DNA from: Malacoraja senta
Taxonomy: Eukaryota
DNA: 64,000 nucleotides
NCBI GenBank assembly: GCA_038087875.1
Contig: JAXLNO010000674.1
Span: forward strand, 124,001 to 188,000
Reading direction: 5' to 3'
Part shown: positions 39,025-50,692 of the stretch, piece by piece
Layout of the letters: the number at the start of each line of letters is the position of its first letter
Numbering within the stretch: position 1 is the first letter of the stretch
Position numbers and translations under genes: made by a program
The notes under the pieces: model-generated
What the model saw: the letters and a program-made list of their open reading frames with translations, nothing else
Told to the model about the DNA's origin: nothing
The model's database searches: none

Positions 39025-40019
39025 TTATAATGGGGGATTTAATACTGTATCCAGCACGGCATCACCAAACCCTCTGAGATCTTTAATCTCCTTGTGGTAA
39101 TACTTGTGAAACATCTGTTCACTTGCCCATCCTGCGGCCGCGAGAATAAGGTCTATTGCACGTCTGAATCCCTGGCCGCTGATGTTGATGCCGCCCTGGT
39201 GGAATGAGATTTAAATATATCAGTATCAATACCTGAATATCTCAACACCTGTTTCAACCATCGTGAAATTGTTTGTGTTGATACTTTCTTATGAGGCTTT
39301 TTATGACTAATAAAAAATGCCAATTCGGCGCCTCTTAAAACTTTTGTTGTTTCTATGTAACATTTCACATATGTTACTACACACAGTCGTGAATCTGTAG
39401 GATATGCTAAAAATTCCAACTTGCATCCTGTGGACCCAGGTCTACTTTGCTTCAGTAAATCATAGACATAGAATGTCACGGCATTTTGCCCTACTTTCAT
39501 TCTATCAATTCTGAGTTTCTGTAATGTTTGAACTCTCTGCGCTGAAACTAATGCCATGAGCATAACCAATTTCATGGTAATTTTGGATAATGACAGGGTT
39601 TCAACTGGATTCCAATTCCTTAGGAACATCAGTACATCTTTTACATTCCAAATTTCTGTATACCTGGGTCTGGGAGGATTAGAGTTAAAAATTCCTTTCA
39701 TAAACCTACAGACCCAAGGATGTGCTCCAATTGGAGTTTGTTCTGATTCACTGCTTAAATATGCAGAGAGTGCACTTCGTGCAGTATTAATTGCACTATA
39801 ACTTAATTTCAATTCATAGTGTAGAGTTGAAAGTAACTCTATTACATCTGAAATTTCTACTGTGTTATATGCAATATGTTTCCCTGAACAAAACACCTCC
39901 CATTTCTTTATATAGGAGATGTACTGCTTCTGGGTACTATTCCTCCAGGCTGCTGTCATAACATCCACCGTACGGTCCCATAATCCTTTTCCAAGATATG
40001 GCCTTCTCAGAATCTGCAA
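39025..40019 (-). pseudogene. DIRS tyrosine recombinase (YR), one frameshift near 39158
   Basis: ORF 39153..40019 contains SAQRVQTL and FKSHSTRAASTS. Restoring 1 nt continues it as IDLILAAAGWASEQMFHKYYHK, completing the R-H-R-(W)-Y catalytic set, with a stop at 39025-39027. Confidence 0.9.
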
Positions 40020-41900
40020 ATCAAGAAACCAATACGATTATGTAAAGGATGTGATTCATTAGTCACAGGGTGTACAAGCAGTTTAATCTGCTTTGGAATA
40101 ACCATAAGGGTTTTTTTGATTATTTTTAACACCAGTGGGTACCATACCTGTGTAGGCCAATCTGGTACTACCAAAATCCCTGAGGCTGAATCTTGTTTAA
40201 TTTTCTGTATGCATTTGTGGATTAAACAAAATGGTGGGAAAGCATACAGAAACATACCACCCCAATGTAGCGAGAAAGCATCCACCACTACTGCTCCAGG
40301 ATCAGGTTCCCATGACACATACTTAGTCAACTGGTGGTTCAATCTTGATGCAAACAGATCAATTTCTGGCATTCCAAATTGTGTGATAATTTGTGTGAAT
40401 ATTTTCCGATTTAACATCCATTCTGTATTATCATTAAATTTACGTGATCTTTTGTCTGCAATTGTATTAATTTTTACCTGGTAAATATATTGCTGACAGC
40501 CAAATTTTCTGGCAATACCCCAGGTCCAAATTTCATTTGCCAATTTATCACATGATTCTGATTTTATACCACCCATGTGATTTATGTATGCTACAGCTGT
40601 AGTATTGTCAACCTGTACCTGAACATGCACATTTCCCATATCAGTGCAATAAGCTCCAAGGCCGTAAAATGTGCCTAATAGCTCTAGGTAATTGATTCCC
40701 AGATTTTCCAGCAAAGGTACTTCATTCATATTCCACCTACCTCCACAGCTGGAAATCATGTTAGTAGCGCCCCAACTCAGCGCACTTACATCAGTCTGTA
40801 GAGTGACGGAAGGTGTTTCTACCAGAACTTTTCTGGAAGCATTAGAAACATTGTTAATCCACCATTCTATTTCTGTAATGGATTGAATTGTTAATTTCAT
40901 GGGCCTATCAAAATGCCCTCTATTCATTTTTAACGCTTGTACCTTAGCTCTCTGTAAACATTGATAATGCAATGGTCCAAACGTGACCGCTGGAAACCCT
41001 GCAATTAATTTGCCTAGCAAGCTTGCCACTTCTCTAATTGAAGGTGTGTCCTCGTTAATGGGTTTTATGCAACCTTCAATTAACTGCAGCTTTTTATCTT
41101 TTGGCAAAGTGATTACCATGTGTTCGGAGTTAATATTTTTGCTTGGTAACAATTTAGGTTTTTGTAGGTGAATAATGAAACCTAATTTCTCAAAATGTAT
41201 TTGACTCTGGATACTGACAATTTTGAAGCAGCCAAAGTGTCCCCTATAATGAGGATATCATCTAAATAAGCCATTAATACATGGCCCTCAGCACTAAACA
41301 GAGCTAAAATTTGGTTTGAGCAATTTAGTGAATAATCTTGGTGCTGAAATCAGACCATTGGGCAATGCTTTAAATTGCCATAACTGACTCATCCATCTAA
41401 ATTTCAAATATCTTTGATCATTACCATGCATTGCCACAGAATAATATGCATTTTGCAGATCTATGCTTGCCTTGTAGCAATTCTTTGTGACTAGCTAAAT
41501 GGCATTAGTAAATGTTTCCATTTTGAAATGTTTCTATTGTACATAAAGGTTAAGATTTGTCAGATCGGAAATGATTCTACGTCCACCATCCCTTTTCTAG
41601 GAGAATATTCCGAGGAGAATATTTGACACAAACTGATGGTGTTGTTCTCCTGACATTTATATCATCCTTTTCTGCATAAAGTTTTTCAATTCTCCTTTGA
41701 TCAACCCATTCTCTTCCTTTGAGACAAATCCGTGACCAGTTTGAATTATGCTGAATTGGAGGATCCAAACATGGAGAGAACTCAATTTTGAATCCTACAA
41801 TGCTACATAGAATAAATGAATCATTTGTTATTGATTGCCATTCTTTTAGGAAGAATCGTATCCTTCCCCCTATTTGTGAGTGTGAAACATTTGTTGTGTT
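40007..41900 (-). pseudogene. DIRS pol: RT (YLDD at 41257-41268), RNase H and Dam-like methyltransferase; stops and frameshifts in RT
   Basis: RT motifs IDLQNAY and ALPNGLISAPRLFTK. RNase H motifs LQTDVS, INYLEL and VQVDNTTAVAYIN. Methyltransferase motifs IDLFAS (about 40346-40363) and YAFPPF (about 40229-40246). Confidence 0.9.
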
Positions 41901-43371
41901 TCTTACCAGACCAAGCTCCCTAACCTTTGCCACCGGCAGTTGTTGTCCGCTTCTAGTAGGCACATTGTACCCTCCACGTATCCTCGGTGCAGCACGTCAA
42001 CGTGTATACGAGAATGATAGGATTGTTCCTTCTCCAGCACCACATTTCGCCGGTAGGGGTACTGCCTTCTCACCGCTCTGCTCAGCATAGGTGATCCTTT
42101 AGTTTCTTTGCTAGATTTTCTCCAAAACAGATTTAGGCATTTGTATATTGCATGGTTTGCAGAGCCTGCATACTTAGGATGAATATTTGGTCTTATAGCA
42201 TTTTTATGAATACAATTTATTTCAAAGTGCGCACTACACATGAGTGCTAAGGCATTTTGTTGTGAATACGATATATAACCTTCATCCAAACCACTGACCC
42301 CAGAAATTTCAGCATTGTGTAATTTCAATTCTTGTGAGCGTAAACCACTGCTCAAATTTCCCATATCAAGTTTATTCACTGCTGTAACTGCTACAATTTC
42401 CCGGGTCTCATATTTTTTGATAGTCTCATCCATGGTTAATTCCTGGGCTGATGGGAGAGTAGATAATTTATAGTCATAGCTATTTCCTCTCTCAATGGTT
42501 CCCCTGTTACTCTGGGAACAGCAAAGTTTTGTGCCAGCCTTGGAACATTTTTGGCTCTGATAATGGGCTCTGGTCCTCATTTAAATCATCATCGAAATCT
42601 AGATATTCATTTTTATGTTGGGTAATTTCTGGCTCCCCTGTTTCAGGTAAGTCTCTGCCAGATTCCCCCTGCGCGGGCTCTCTTGTAGGCCCACGGACAG
42701 GCAGCCCTGCTTCAGGTGCTGCTGGCGCTGGCTCAATTCTAGGCCAACGCTTCATTATTTTTACTCTTTATATTTGTCGGTGCTGGCACATTTATCATTG
42801 CACGTTTGTGCTGCCTTTTGTTCAGGCATTTCTAGTACTGGCTCTCCAATAGGCCAACACATAACTTGCCTTTTTTCTGACATTTTTGGGCACTGGCTCT
42901 CCTGTAGGCCAACCTCTTTAATGTTTCTGCACAGGCACTGATGGCTCTCCTGTAGGCCACCCTTGTGCCTGTTCCAAGGCACCTCCTGTGCTATACTTCA
43001 TTGGCCAACACCGACTTAAATCCTCCTGTGGGGGTTCTTTACAAATCATCTGCCCCATAAGGAGTTATAAAGTTTTTTGACCCTTGCAGTGTAATACTCT
43101 TTCCTGCCTGAGGAGGGCATACCTCCGGGTCTGACTCATCCGAGTCTACAGGTCGGGCCGATTTTTTTATCTTTTTTTTCTCAGCCTTGCGCCCCGCCGC
43201 CGGCGGTTTAACAGCACATTCGACCACAAGGGGAGTTAATGGCTTCGCTGCCACTGACTCCCCTGACTGATGCCCGCTACCCTTAGGATCTGGGGTTTTA
43301 CTACGGTGCGTCCCTGGCCGCCTCTCCTTCCCATTTCTCCATAATAAACTTGTGTGGTGCTCCACCAACAA
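41900..43371 (-). pseudogene. DIRS gag-like ORF1, fragmented
   Basis: ORF fragments 43039..43371, 42507..42755 and 41903..42580 occupy the ORF1 position between the 5' ITR and RT. The call is positional, with no strong motif. Confidence 0.55.
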
Positions 43372-44874
43372 GTCTAAACGGGAAGGAAACGCTCCTGTAA
43401 GTGAAAAGTAACTCCACTTACCTTCCGACTTTTGTTTTACTCACCGGCTGGAGGAGCTCCTGCTCCTCCACACACGGTCATGAACGCTATGCGTCTGATC
43501 GATAATGACGCGTGTGCGGCTGGATGGGGCTTCTTCACGTAGTCACTCACGTGACTCCGAAGTAAAATTGAACACAAACATCCACTACAGCATTCTTCAC
43601 TGTGGTGGAAGGCAACAAGTTTCAGCCAGTCCTCCTCCTTTGTTCACCCGTGTTCGGGGCCATAACCCCTCCGTAGTCGCCGCTAGGGACGGCCCGATGT
43701 ACAAGGCCCTCTCGTCGGGATGATCCAAACTCCGACGTTGGGACGGACAAACACACTCTGCGGCTTGGAGGTCCCGACTCGGCACTTTCCTACTGGAGAC
43801 TGCAGCTTCAGGATGTTATAGGCCGCAGGCCAGCGGTTCGAGTTCGTCTCTGGTGATCCCCGGCGAGGGATCCCAGACTCCGGATGGTAAGTCCACGCCA
43901 CGCCCGCGGCCAGAAGCTCCGCAGACCACAGCTCCACGGTGTCAACGTATTGAATCAATAGTATTGAATCAAACATTACCAGAACAATACATTTTCATGC
44001 TGTGATTTGACATTTTTCACAAAAAAGGCCAGGAAAGCTCTTTATATAAAGTAAATTTATATAATAAATCTTTTACTTTTAACTAATAATTATGTCTTTT
44101 GATGATATGAACTGCATTGAAACATAAAAGGATGTTTCAATGTGAATTCTTTCTCATCTGTATTGTAGCATAAACAAAGATTCAAAACAAAGGTAGATAA
44201 AATGCTGGAGAAACTCAACGGGTGAGGCCGCATCAATAGAGTGAAGGAAAACAAATGTGCTTTCTGATCCTTTTATTTTATTTAGATTTATTTAGATTTA
44301 TCATGGAGGGTGTATAGGGACATAAGGCCTCAAATGCAGAAAATCAACAGAGCGCCCCATTCCACCCCTCTCTCATCTTCCATACCCCTTTTTGCCGTGC
44401 AGGCTACAGCTCATGGCATAAAACTGTAGAATAGTGGATAAAAACAGGATGACTAATGGAGAAGGGAAGGGGGCCCAAAATAAACTTTGTACCCACTGAT
44501 AAAATTCCTCTGAGGCCCTGCGTATACACTCACAAACAGTGTGTGTTGTGAACCATGTCTTCCAAGATGCGCACATATAGTGAAACATTTCTCAAGTTCA
44601 GCTTCACAGGCATTGTTCAAAATCCGTGGTCAAGCCGCAATGTGTTCTCTGTGCCAAGGTTTAGAGTCACGAGAGCATGAAGCCCAGCAAACTGAAGATC
44701 CATTTGGAGTCTTGTCACAGCGACCTGGCGGGGAAGAGCGTGGACTATTTCAAACGAAAAGAAGCCGTACTCAAGGGATCCCGCATCTATTCAACGGGTC
44801 ACTGCCCTCATCAAAATGAAGCAGCTTTGAATCGCACAGACTAAGAAACCTCACAGCATCGGTGAAGCGCTTAT

Positions 44875-46734
44875 AACCATATAACCATAACAGCACGGAA
44901 ACAGGCCATCTCGGCCCTTCAAGGCCGTGACGAACATTTTTAAAAAATGTTTTTAAAAATTAAAAATAAATACTTCCCCCTAGTCCCATCTACCTGCACT
45001 CAGACCATAACCCTCCATTCCTTTCCCGTCCATATACCCATCCAATCTATTTTTAAAGGATAACATCGAACCTGCCTCCACCACTTCCACTGGAAGCTCA
45101 TTCCACACAGCTACCACTCTCTGAGTAAAGAAGTTCCCCCTAATGTTCCCCCTAAACTTCTGTCCCTTAATTCTCAAGTCATGTCCCCTTGTTTGAATCT
45201 TCCCTACTCTCAATGGGAAAAGCTTATCCACGTCCACTCTGTCTAACCCGCTCATAATTTTAAAGACCTCTATCAAGTCCCCTCTTAACCTTCTGCGCTC
45301 CAAAGAATAAAGACCTAACTTGTTCAACCTTTCTCTGTAACTTTGCTGAAACCCAGGCAACATTCTAGTAAATCTCCTCTGTACTCTCTCTATTTTGTTG
45401 ATATCCTTCCTATAATTTGGCGACCAAAATTGTACTCCATACTCCAGAATTGGCCTCACCAATGCCTTGTACAATTTTAACATTACATCCCAACTTCTTT
45501 ATTCAATGCTCTGATTTATAAAGGCCAGCACACCAAAAGCTTTCTTTACCACCCTATCTACATGAGATTCCACCTTCAGGGAACTATGCACAGTTATTCC
45601 TAGATCCCTCTGTTCAACTGCATTCCTCAATTCGCTACCATTTACCGTGTACGTCCTATTTTGATTTGTCCTGCCGAGATGTAGCACCTCACATTTGTCA
45701 GCATTAAACTCCATCTGCCATCTTTCAGCCCACTCTTCCAAATGGCCTAAATCTCTCTGTTGACTTTGAAAATCTACTTCATTATCCACAACATCACCTA
45801 TCTTAGTATCATCTGCATACTTACTAATCCAATTTTCCACACCATCATCCAGATCATTGATGTACATGACAAACAACAGTGGACCCAACACAGACCCCTG
45901 AGGCACCCCACTAGTCACCGGCCTCCAACCTGACAAACAGCCATCCACCATTACTCTCTGGCATCTCCCATTCAGCCACTGTTGAATCCATCTTGCTACT
46001 CCACCATTAATACCCAACAATTGAATCTTCTTAACCAACCTTCCATGAGGAACCTTGTCAAAGGCCTTACTGAAGTCCATATAGACAACATCCACTGCTT
46101 TACCCTCATCAATTTCCCTAGTAACCTCTTTGAAAAATTCAAGAAGATTAGTCAAGCATGACCTTCCAGGCATAAATCCATGTTGACTGTTCCTAATCAG
46201 ACCCTGCTTATCCAGATGCTTATATATATTATCTTTAAGTATCCTTTCCATTAATTTGCCCACCACTGACGTCAAACTAACAGGTCTATAATTGCTAGGT
46301 TTACTCTTCGAACCCTTTTTAAACAACGGAACAACATGCGCAGTACGCCAATCCTCCGGCACTATTCCCGTTTCTAATGACATTTGAAATATTTCTGTCA
46401 TAGCCCCTGCTATTTCTACACTAACTTCCCTCAATGTCCTAGGGAATATCCTGTCAGGACCTGGAGACTTATCCGTTTTCATATTTTTAAAAGTGTCCGC
46501 ACCTCCTCTTCTTTGAATCTCACAGTTTCCATTGCTACTCTGCTTGTTTCCCTCACCTCACATAATTCCATATCCTTCTCCTTCATGAATACCGAAGAAA
46601 AGAAATTGTTCAATATCTCCCCCATCTCTTTTGGCTCTGCAGATAGCTGTCCACTCTGACTCTCTAATGGACCAATTTTATTCCTTGTTATCCTTTTGCT
46701 ATTAATATAGCTGTAGAAACCCTTTGGATTTACT
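44875..46734 (-). mobile_element. CR1 LINE (family B), 5'-truncated, inserted in the Buster transposase ORF
   Basis: ORFs 45499..46482 and 44980..45483 are near-identical to the 10.8-12.1 kb copy. The host ORF rejoins as GEAL|IK at a duplicated ttat. Confidence 0.95.
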
Positions 46735-48344
46735 ATTATCAAGCTATGCCTTCTCGAAGCAGCGGTGCTGGGAGAACAGCAGTCAAACAAGTTCAGACAG
46801 ATTTCCCTTTTGAATGACAGTCAAAAGTTGAATCTCAGATATGAGTAATGATATTCTGCTGCAAGTAGTGAGGGCTGTGACGAGCAGTCCAGTGTATTCA
46901 CTGCAACTGGGTGAGTCAACAGATGTTGCCTCATGTTCCCAACTGCTAGTCTACGTTCGTTACCTCAATGGAGAAGTACCTGTTCTCGGAGCCATTGGCT
47001 ACTACCACTCGGGGAGAAGATGTGTTCAGAATGCTGGAAGCCTTCCTCATCAAACATGAGCTTGGCTGGGAATGCCTTGTTGGGATGTGTACAGTTGGGG
47101 CACCTTCCATGGTCAGTTGCAGATCCGGTTTCCAAGCCTTCGTGAAGGATGTCGCTCCCCATGTCTCCTTCACCCACTGCATGATACATCGCCATGCTTT
47201 AGCGATGAAGACTCTCCCTCTTGGTCTTCGAGAAGTGCTTTCAGATGTGGTGAAGATTGTGAACCACATCCGAGAGCGCAACAAACTCAAGAATCTTCAA
47301 GCGATGTGTGAAGAAATGGGCGCCGATTTCACTATTCTGTTATTCCACACAGAAGTGCGCTGGCTTTTGCGTGGTAAAGTTCTCAATCATGTGATTCGAC
47401 TTCGAGTGGAAATAGCGCTGTTCTTGGAGAGAAGGTGTACTGAGAAGGAGAATCAGCTTCATGAAAAGATGTAGGATGAACTGTTCGTGATGAAGGTTGC
47501 TTACTTGGCTGACTTCTTCGCTGACGTGAATTCCTTGAACCTGTCACTTCAAGGAATCCTCCCAACGGCAAAGTGGCAGCATTCAGGAGGAACCTTTACC
47601 AGAGAAGCGTCCAGGACGGTGACACGGATATCTTCCCTGAGATGGCGACTCTCCTGGATGCTATGCCTGATGCTGAATGCCACATCCACGAGGAGATCTC
47701 AACACACCTTCTGGCAATTAGTGAAGCCATCGAACGTTACTTCCCCGGACTGGACGACCGCTCTCGTGATCAGTGGATCATCCGACCCTTTTCCGTTGAA
47801 GACGGTGCCATCAGTGATACTGACGTGACTGCGAAGGTTGAATTTTACCGAATTCGTGAAGATGCGCAACTCAAGAGTGACTTCATGGAACAAGAGCTCG
47901 CCGCGTTTTGGCTGAAAGTGAAGGACTGTCCTGCTCTTTCGAAGAGGGTCCTGACCCTATTGGTCCAGTCCCCCTCAACCTCTCACTGTGAGGGTGGATT
48001 CTCAACTATGGTAACTCTGAAAACGAAGGTACGAAATAGGTTTGTGATCGACACTGACATGAGATGCTGCCTGTCGAGCATTCGTGTTCGTTTTGATTGC
48101 CTGATGACTGCGAAGTTATTTCAGCCATCCCATTGACTGAGCAATGGCAGACATGTTTTAATAAATCGGGCTGTTTTTTGTCAAATTTTGTTTCAGAGGT
48201 CACGGTACTGATCAAGAATGCCTGATGGGGTCGTGGGGCCAAAAAGATTCAGAACCACTGCTCTAAAGCTTAAAACTAAAGGGGCTAATAAAGGCCACAA
48301 AGTGGCTTTAGTGAGTCGGATTACAGAAAATCCCACATCTTTTT

Positions 48345-49060
48345 CAAGGTTTCATGGTTAGTTTATTGTCACATATACCAATTAAGGTACATTGAAATGC
48401 AGACTACCATACACCATACAAAAAAAAGCAACAAGACACACAATAACGTAAAAGTTAACATAAACATCCACAACAGAGGAGCCCGCACGTTCCTCACTGT
48501 GATAGAAGGCAATAAAGTCTAATCTCCTTCCTCTTTATCTCCTGCGGTCGGGGCAGTCAAACAATCTGCAGTCGGTGGTCGAAACCCCCGTTGAGGAATT
48601 GAAACTCCCGCGTCGGAGCGGTCGGAGCGGTCGAAACTCCTGCAGCTTGGAGGTCCCGGATGTTGGTCTCGACCGCGGGCTCCGCGATGTTAAAGTCTTG
48701 CAGGCTCTCACAGTTGGAGCCCTAAAGCCGATCGCCGACAGGGATTGCGAGCTCCATGATGGTAAGTCCACAGGCTCCTGCAATGGATCTCCTGGTCGAT
48801 CTCTAGCAAAGGCCGCCATTCCTCAATGTTAGGCCGCATTGAGGACGGAGATACGATACAGAAAATATCGCATCAACGCCGAGGTAAGAGATTACGAAAA
48901 GTTTCCCACAACTCCCCCACCCCCCCCCCCCCCCGCCCCCAAAACAAGCTAAAGAACACTAAAGAATATACATTTAACACGTACAAAACGGACACAAAGA
49001 AGGAAGGGACAGACATACTGTTGGCGAGGCAACCATTGCAGCAAAAGGTGGATTGCTTAA
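48345..49060 (-). mobile_element. Unclassified GC-rich retroposon (copy C)
   Basis: Tail gtttattgtcac and cataaacatccac..ctcactgtgatagaaggca are homologous to copies A and B, with a CpG-rich body. Confidence 0.55.
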
Positions 49061-49139
49061 GGATATAGAAGGGAATATGTGCTTGGAGTTTGTGGATATA
49101 GGCGAGGTTTGGTTTCACCAAGGAAGACATGTAGAATAG

Positions 49140-49960
49140 TAAGGACCATTAATAGTAAGTACATCATGAAATCCTCCAACATTTTTGCCACCTCCAACGG
49201 GATCCCACTACTGGTCACATCTTCCCATCTCCACCCCTTTCTGCTTTCCGCAGAGACCGTTCCCTCCGAAACTCCCTGGTCAACTCGTCCCTTCACACCC
49301 AAACCACCCGCTCCCCGGATACTTTCCCCTGCAACCGCAGGAGATGCAACACCTGTCCCTTTACGTCCCCCCTCGACTCCGTCCAAGGACCTAAAGTCAT
49401 TCCAGGTGAGGCAGAAGTTCACTTGCACCTTTTCCAACCTCATCTACTGTGTCCGCTGTTTCAGTTCTCTACATCAGTGAGACCAAGCGCAGTCTCGGCG
49501 ATCGTTTTGCTGAGCACTTCCCCTCAGTTCGTCTTACCCTACCCGATCTCCCGGTGGCTCAGCACTTCAACTCCCCCTCCCATTCCCAATCTGACCTTTC
49601 TGTCCTGGGCCTCCTCCATTGTCAGAGTGAGGCCCAGCCCAAATTGGAGGAACAGCACCTCATATTTCGCTTGGGTAGTCTATACTCCAGCGGTATGAAC
49701 ATTGACTTCTATAACTTTCGATAGCCCTTGATTTCTCTCTCCATCCCCTCCCCCTTCCCAATTCTGCCACCAGTCTTACTGTCTCCGCCGACATTCTATC
49801 TTTGTCCCTCCCCTGACATCAGTCTGAAGAAGGGTCTCGACCCAAAACGATGCCCATTCCTTCTCTCCAGGGAAGCTGCCTGACCCGCTGAGTTACGCCA
49901 GCATTTTGTGTCTCTAGGATTTTAACATCTGCAGCATCTGCAGTTCTTTCTTACACATGG
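49140..49960 (+). mobile_element. Penelope-like element, GIY-YIG end plus pseudo-LTR
   Basis: Reads FQVRQKFTCTFSNLIYCVRC, YISETKRSLGDRFAEH and VAQHFNSPSH..EEQHLIF, and is highly similar to 3130-3900. Confidence 0.9.
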
Positions 49961-50089
49961 AGAATCAATGTGGAGAATGCTAACATGCAGGGACACTTTG
50001 AAGTTAAGCAAGAAGGAGATGTTGGATCACTTGAAGAGAAATGTGGATAAATCCCCAGGACAGAGGGGTGTAGTGGATGATAATAATAA

Positions 50090-50500
50090 TCGTTGAAAAC
50101 ATTAGTGCCGTGTTGGTTTCCGATGGGCACGGTGACGGACGCACCACACATCTCTGTCCTCCATGCAACTGGCAAGCTCCTCTTTTGTCTCTACACATGC
50201 GTCTTCCATCAACGTCTTCAGCATCATCTTGATTGGCCGTCCTGGGTCAAGTCTTCCATGGGTGGGTTCCCACAGCACAACCTTGTTTACTAGCATTTCT
50301 GGGTGGCAGAGCCAGTGACCTGCGAGCCTCATCCTTCTCAACGTGATCTTCTCGGTCAGAGGTGGATTCTCCCCATAGAGCTGGGCGTTGGTGATGTGGT
50401 CCCTCCATCTAACATTTTGAACTTTTCCGAGCATTCGGGTGTAGGTACCATCGAGAGTCTAGGACAGTGCTGGTGTGAGAGTCCATGCCTCACACCCGTA
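50090..50500 (-). mobile_element. RTE-clade LINE 3' fragment
   Basis: Reads VRWRDHITNAQLY..ITLRRMRLAGH..VVLWEP..GRP..LMED, typical of the RTE ORF C-terminus. Confidence 0.7.
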
Positions 50501-50692
50501 CAATAATATAGTCTCTACAGTTGCACGGAAGGCCAAATATTCAGGCTGTAGTTCAGTGACAAGTAGAGTTCTGCACGGATCTGTGCTGTGACCCTTGCTA
50601 CTTGTGACATATATAAATGACTTGGACCCTGGTGTTGAGAAATTACCCAGTCATAACAATTAATCAAATAATGATTTTTATTTTTATTTCAG

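Larger units (their letters stand above)
38521..43568 (-). mobile_element. Full-length DIRS1-type tyrosine-recombinase retrotransposon (about 5.05 kb)
   Basis: Gene order is gag-like, RT-RNaseH-methyltransferase, then YR. The 36-bp ITRs are at 38598-38633 and 43506-43541 (1 mismatch). The ICR at 38746-38859 is complementary to both termini (83/83 with 38521-38603 and 36/37 with 43532-43568). The core TAAAAT is at both ends. Confidence 0.95.
38422..43950 (-). mobile_element. Unclassified GC-rich retroposon (copy B), split by the DIRS element
   Basis: The tail caaagtcaaagtcagttttatt at 38422 interrupts the hAT ORF. The body rejoins across the DIRS as gcacaataaaat|tgaacacaaacatccac. Confidence 0.7.
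36572..44520 (+). mobile_element. Second hAT transposon (ZMYM1-like/hATC dimerisation-domain type) nested in the Buster element
   Basis: Perfect 8-bp TSD CGTATACA at 36564-36571 and 44521-44528, with TIRs cagggcctaagag / ctctgaggccctg. A transposase C-terminal remnant FPNVCVSFRILLTIPATVAFAE(R)SFSKLKLIKKYLRSTMSHERL at about 38221-38421 continues as SIESNITRTI..FSQKKARK at about 43960-44060. Confidence 0.9.
36402..48260 (+). mobile_element. Buster/Charlie-type hAT DNA transposon, dead, inflated to 11.9 kb by nested insertions
   Basis: 16-bp TIRs CAGTGGTTCTTAACCT (36402-36417) and AGATTCAGAACCACTG (48245-48260), with an 8-bp TSD ctccaaag/ctctaaag. Transposase pieces are a BED finger at 44555-44874 (KPQCVLC..MKPSKLKIHLESCH) and the catalytic core at 46736-48136 (QLGESTD, CTVGA, HCMIHRHAL, TEVRWL, STSHCEGGFS). 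Confidence 0.93.

Noticed and set aside
39153-41152. Phage or bacterial contamination (integrase plus Dam methylase)
   Set aside because: Both sit with RT/RNase H inside DIRS ITR/ICR ends and are nested in vertebrate repeats.
44555-48136. Domesticated ZBED5/SCAND3-like host gene
   Set aside because: It has TIRs and a TSD, multiple frameshifts, a CR1 insertion and mutated catalytic residues.
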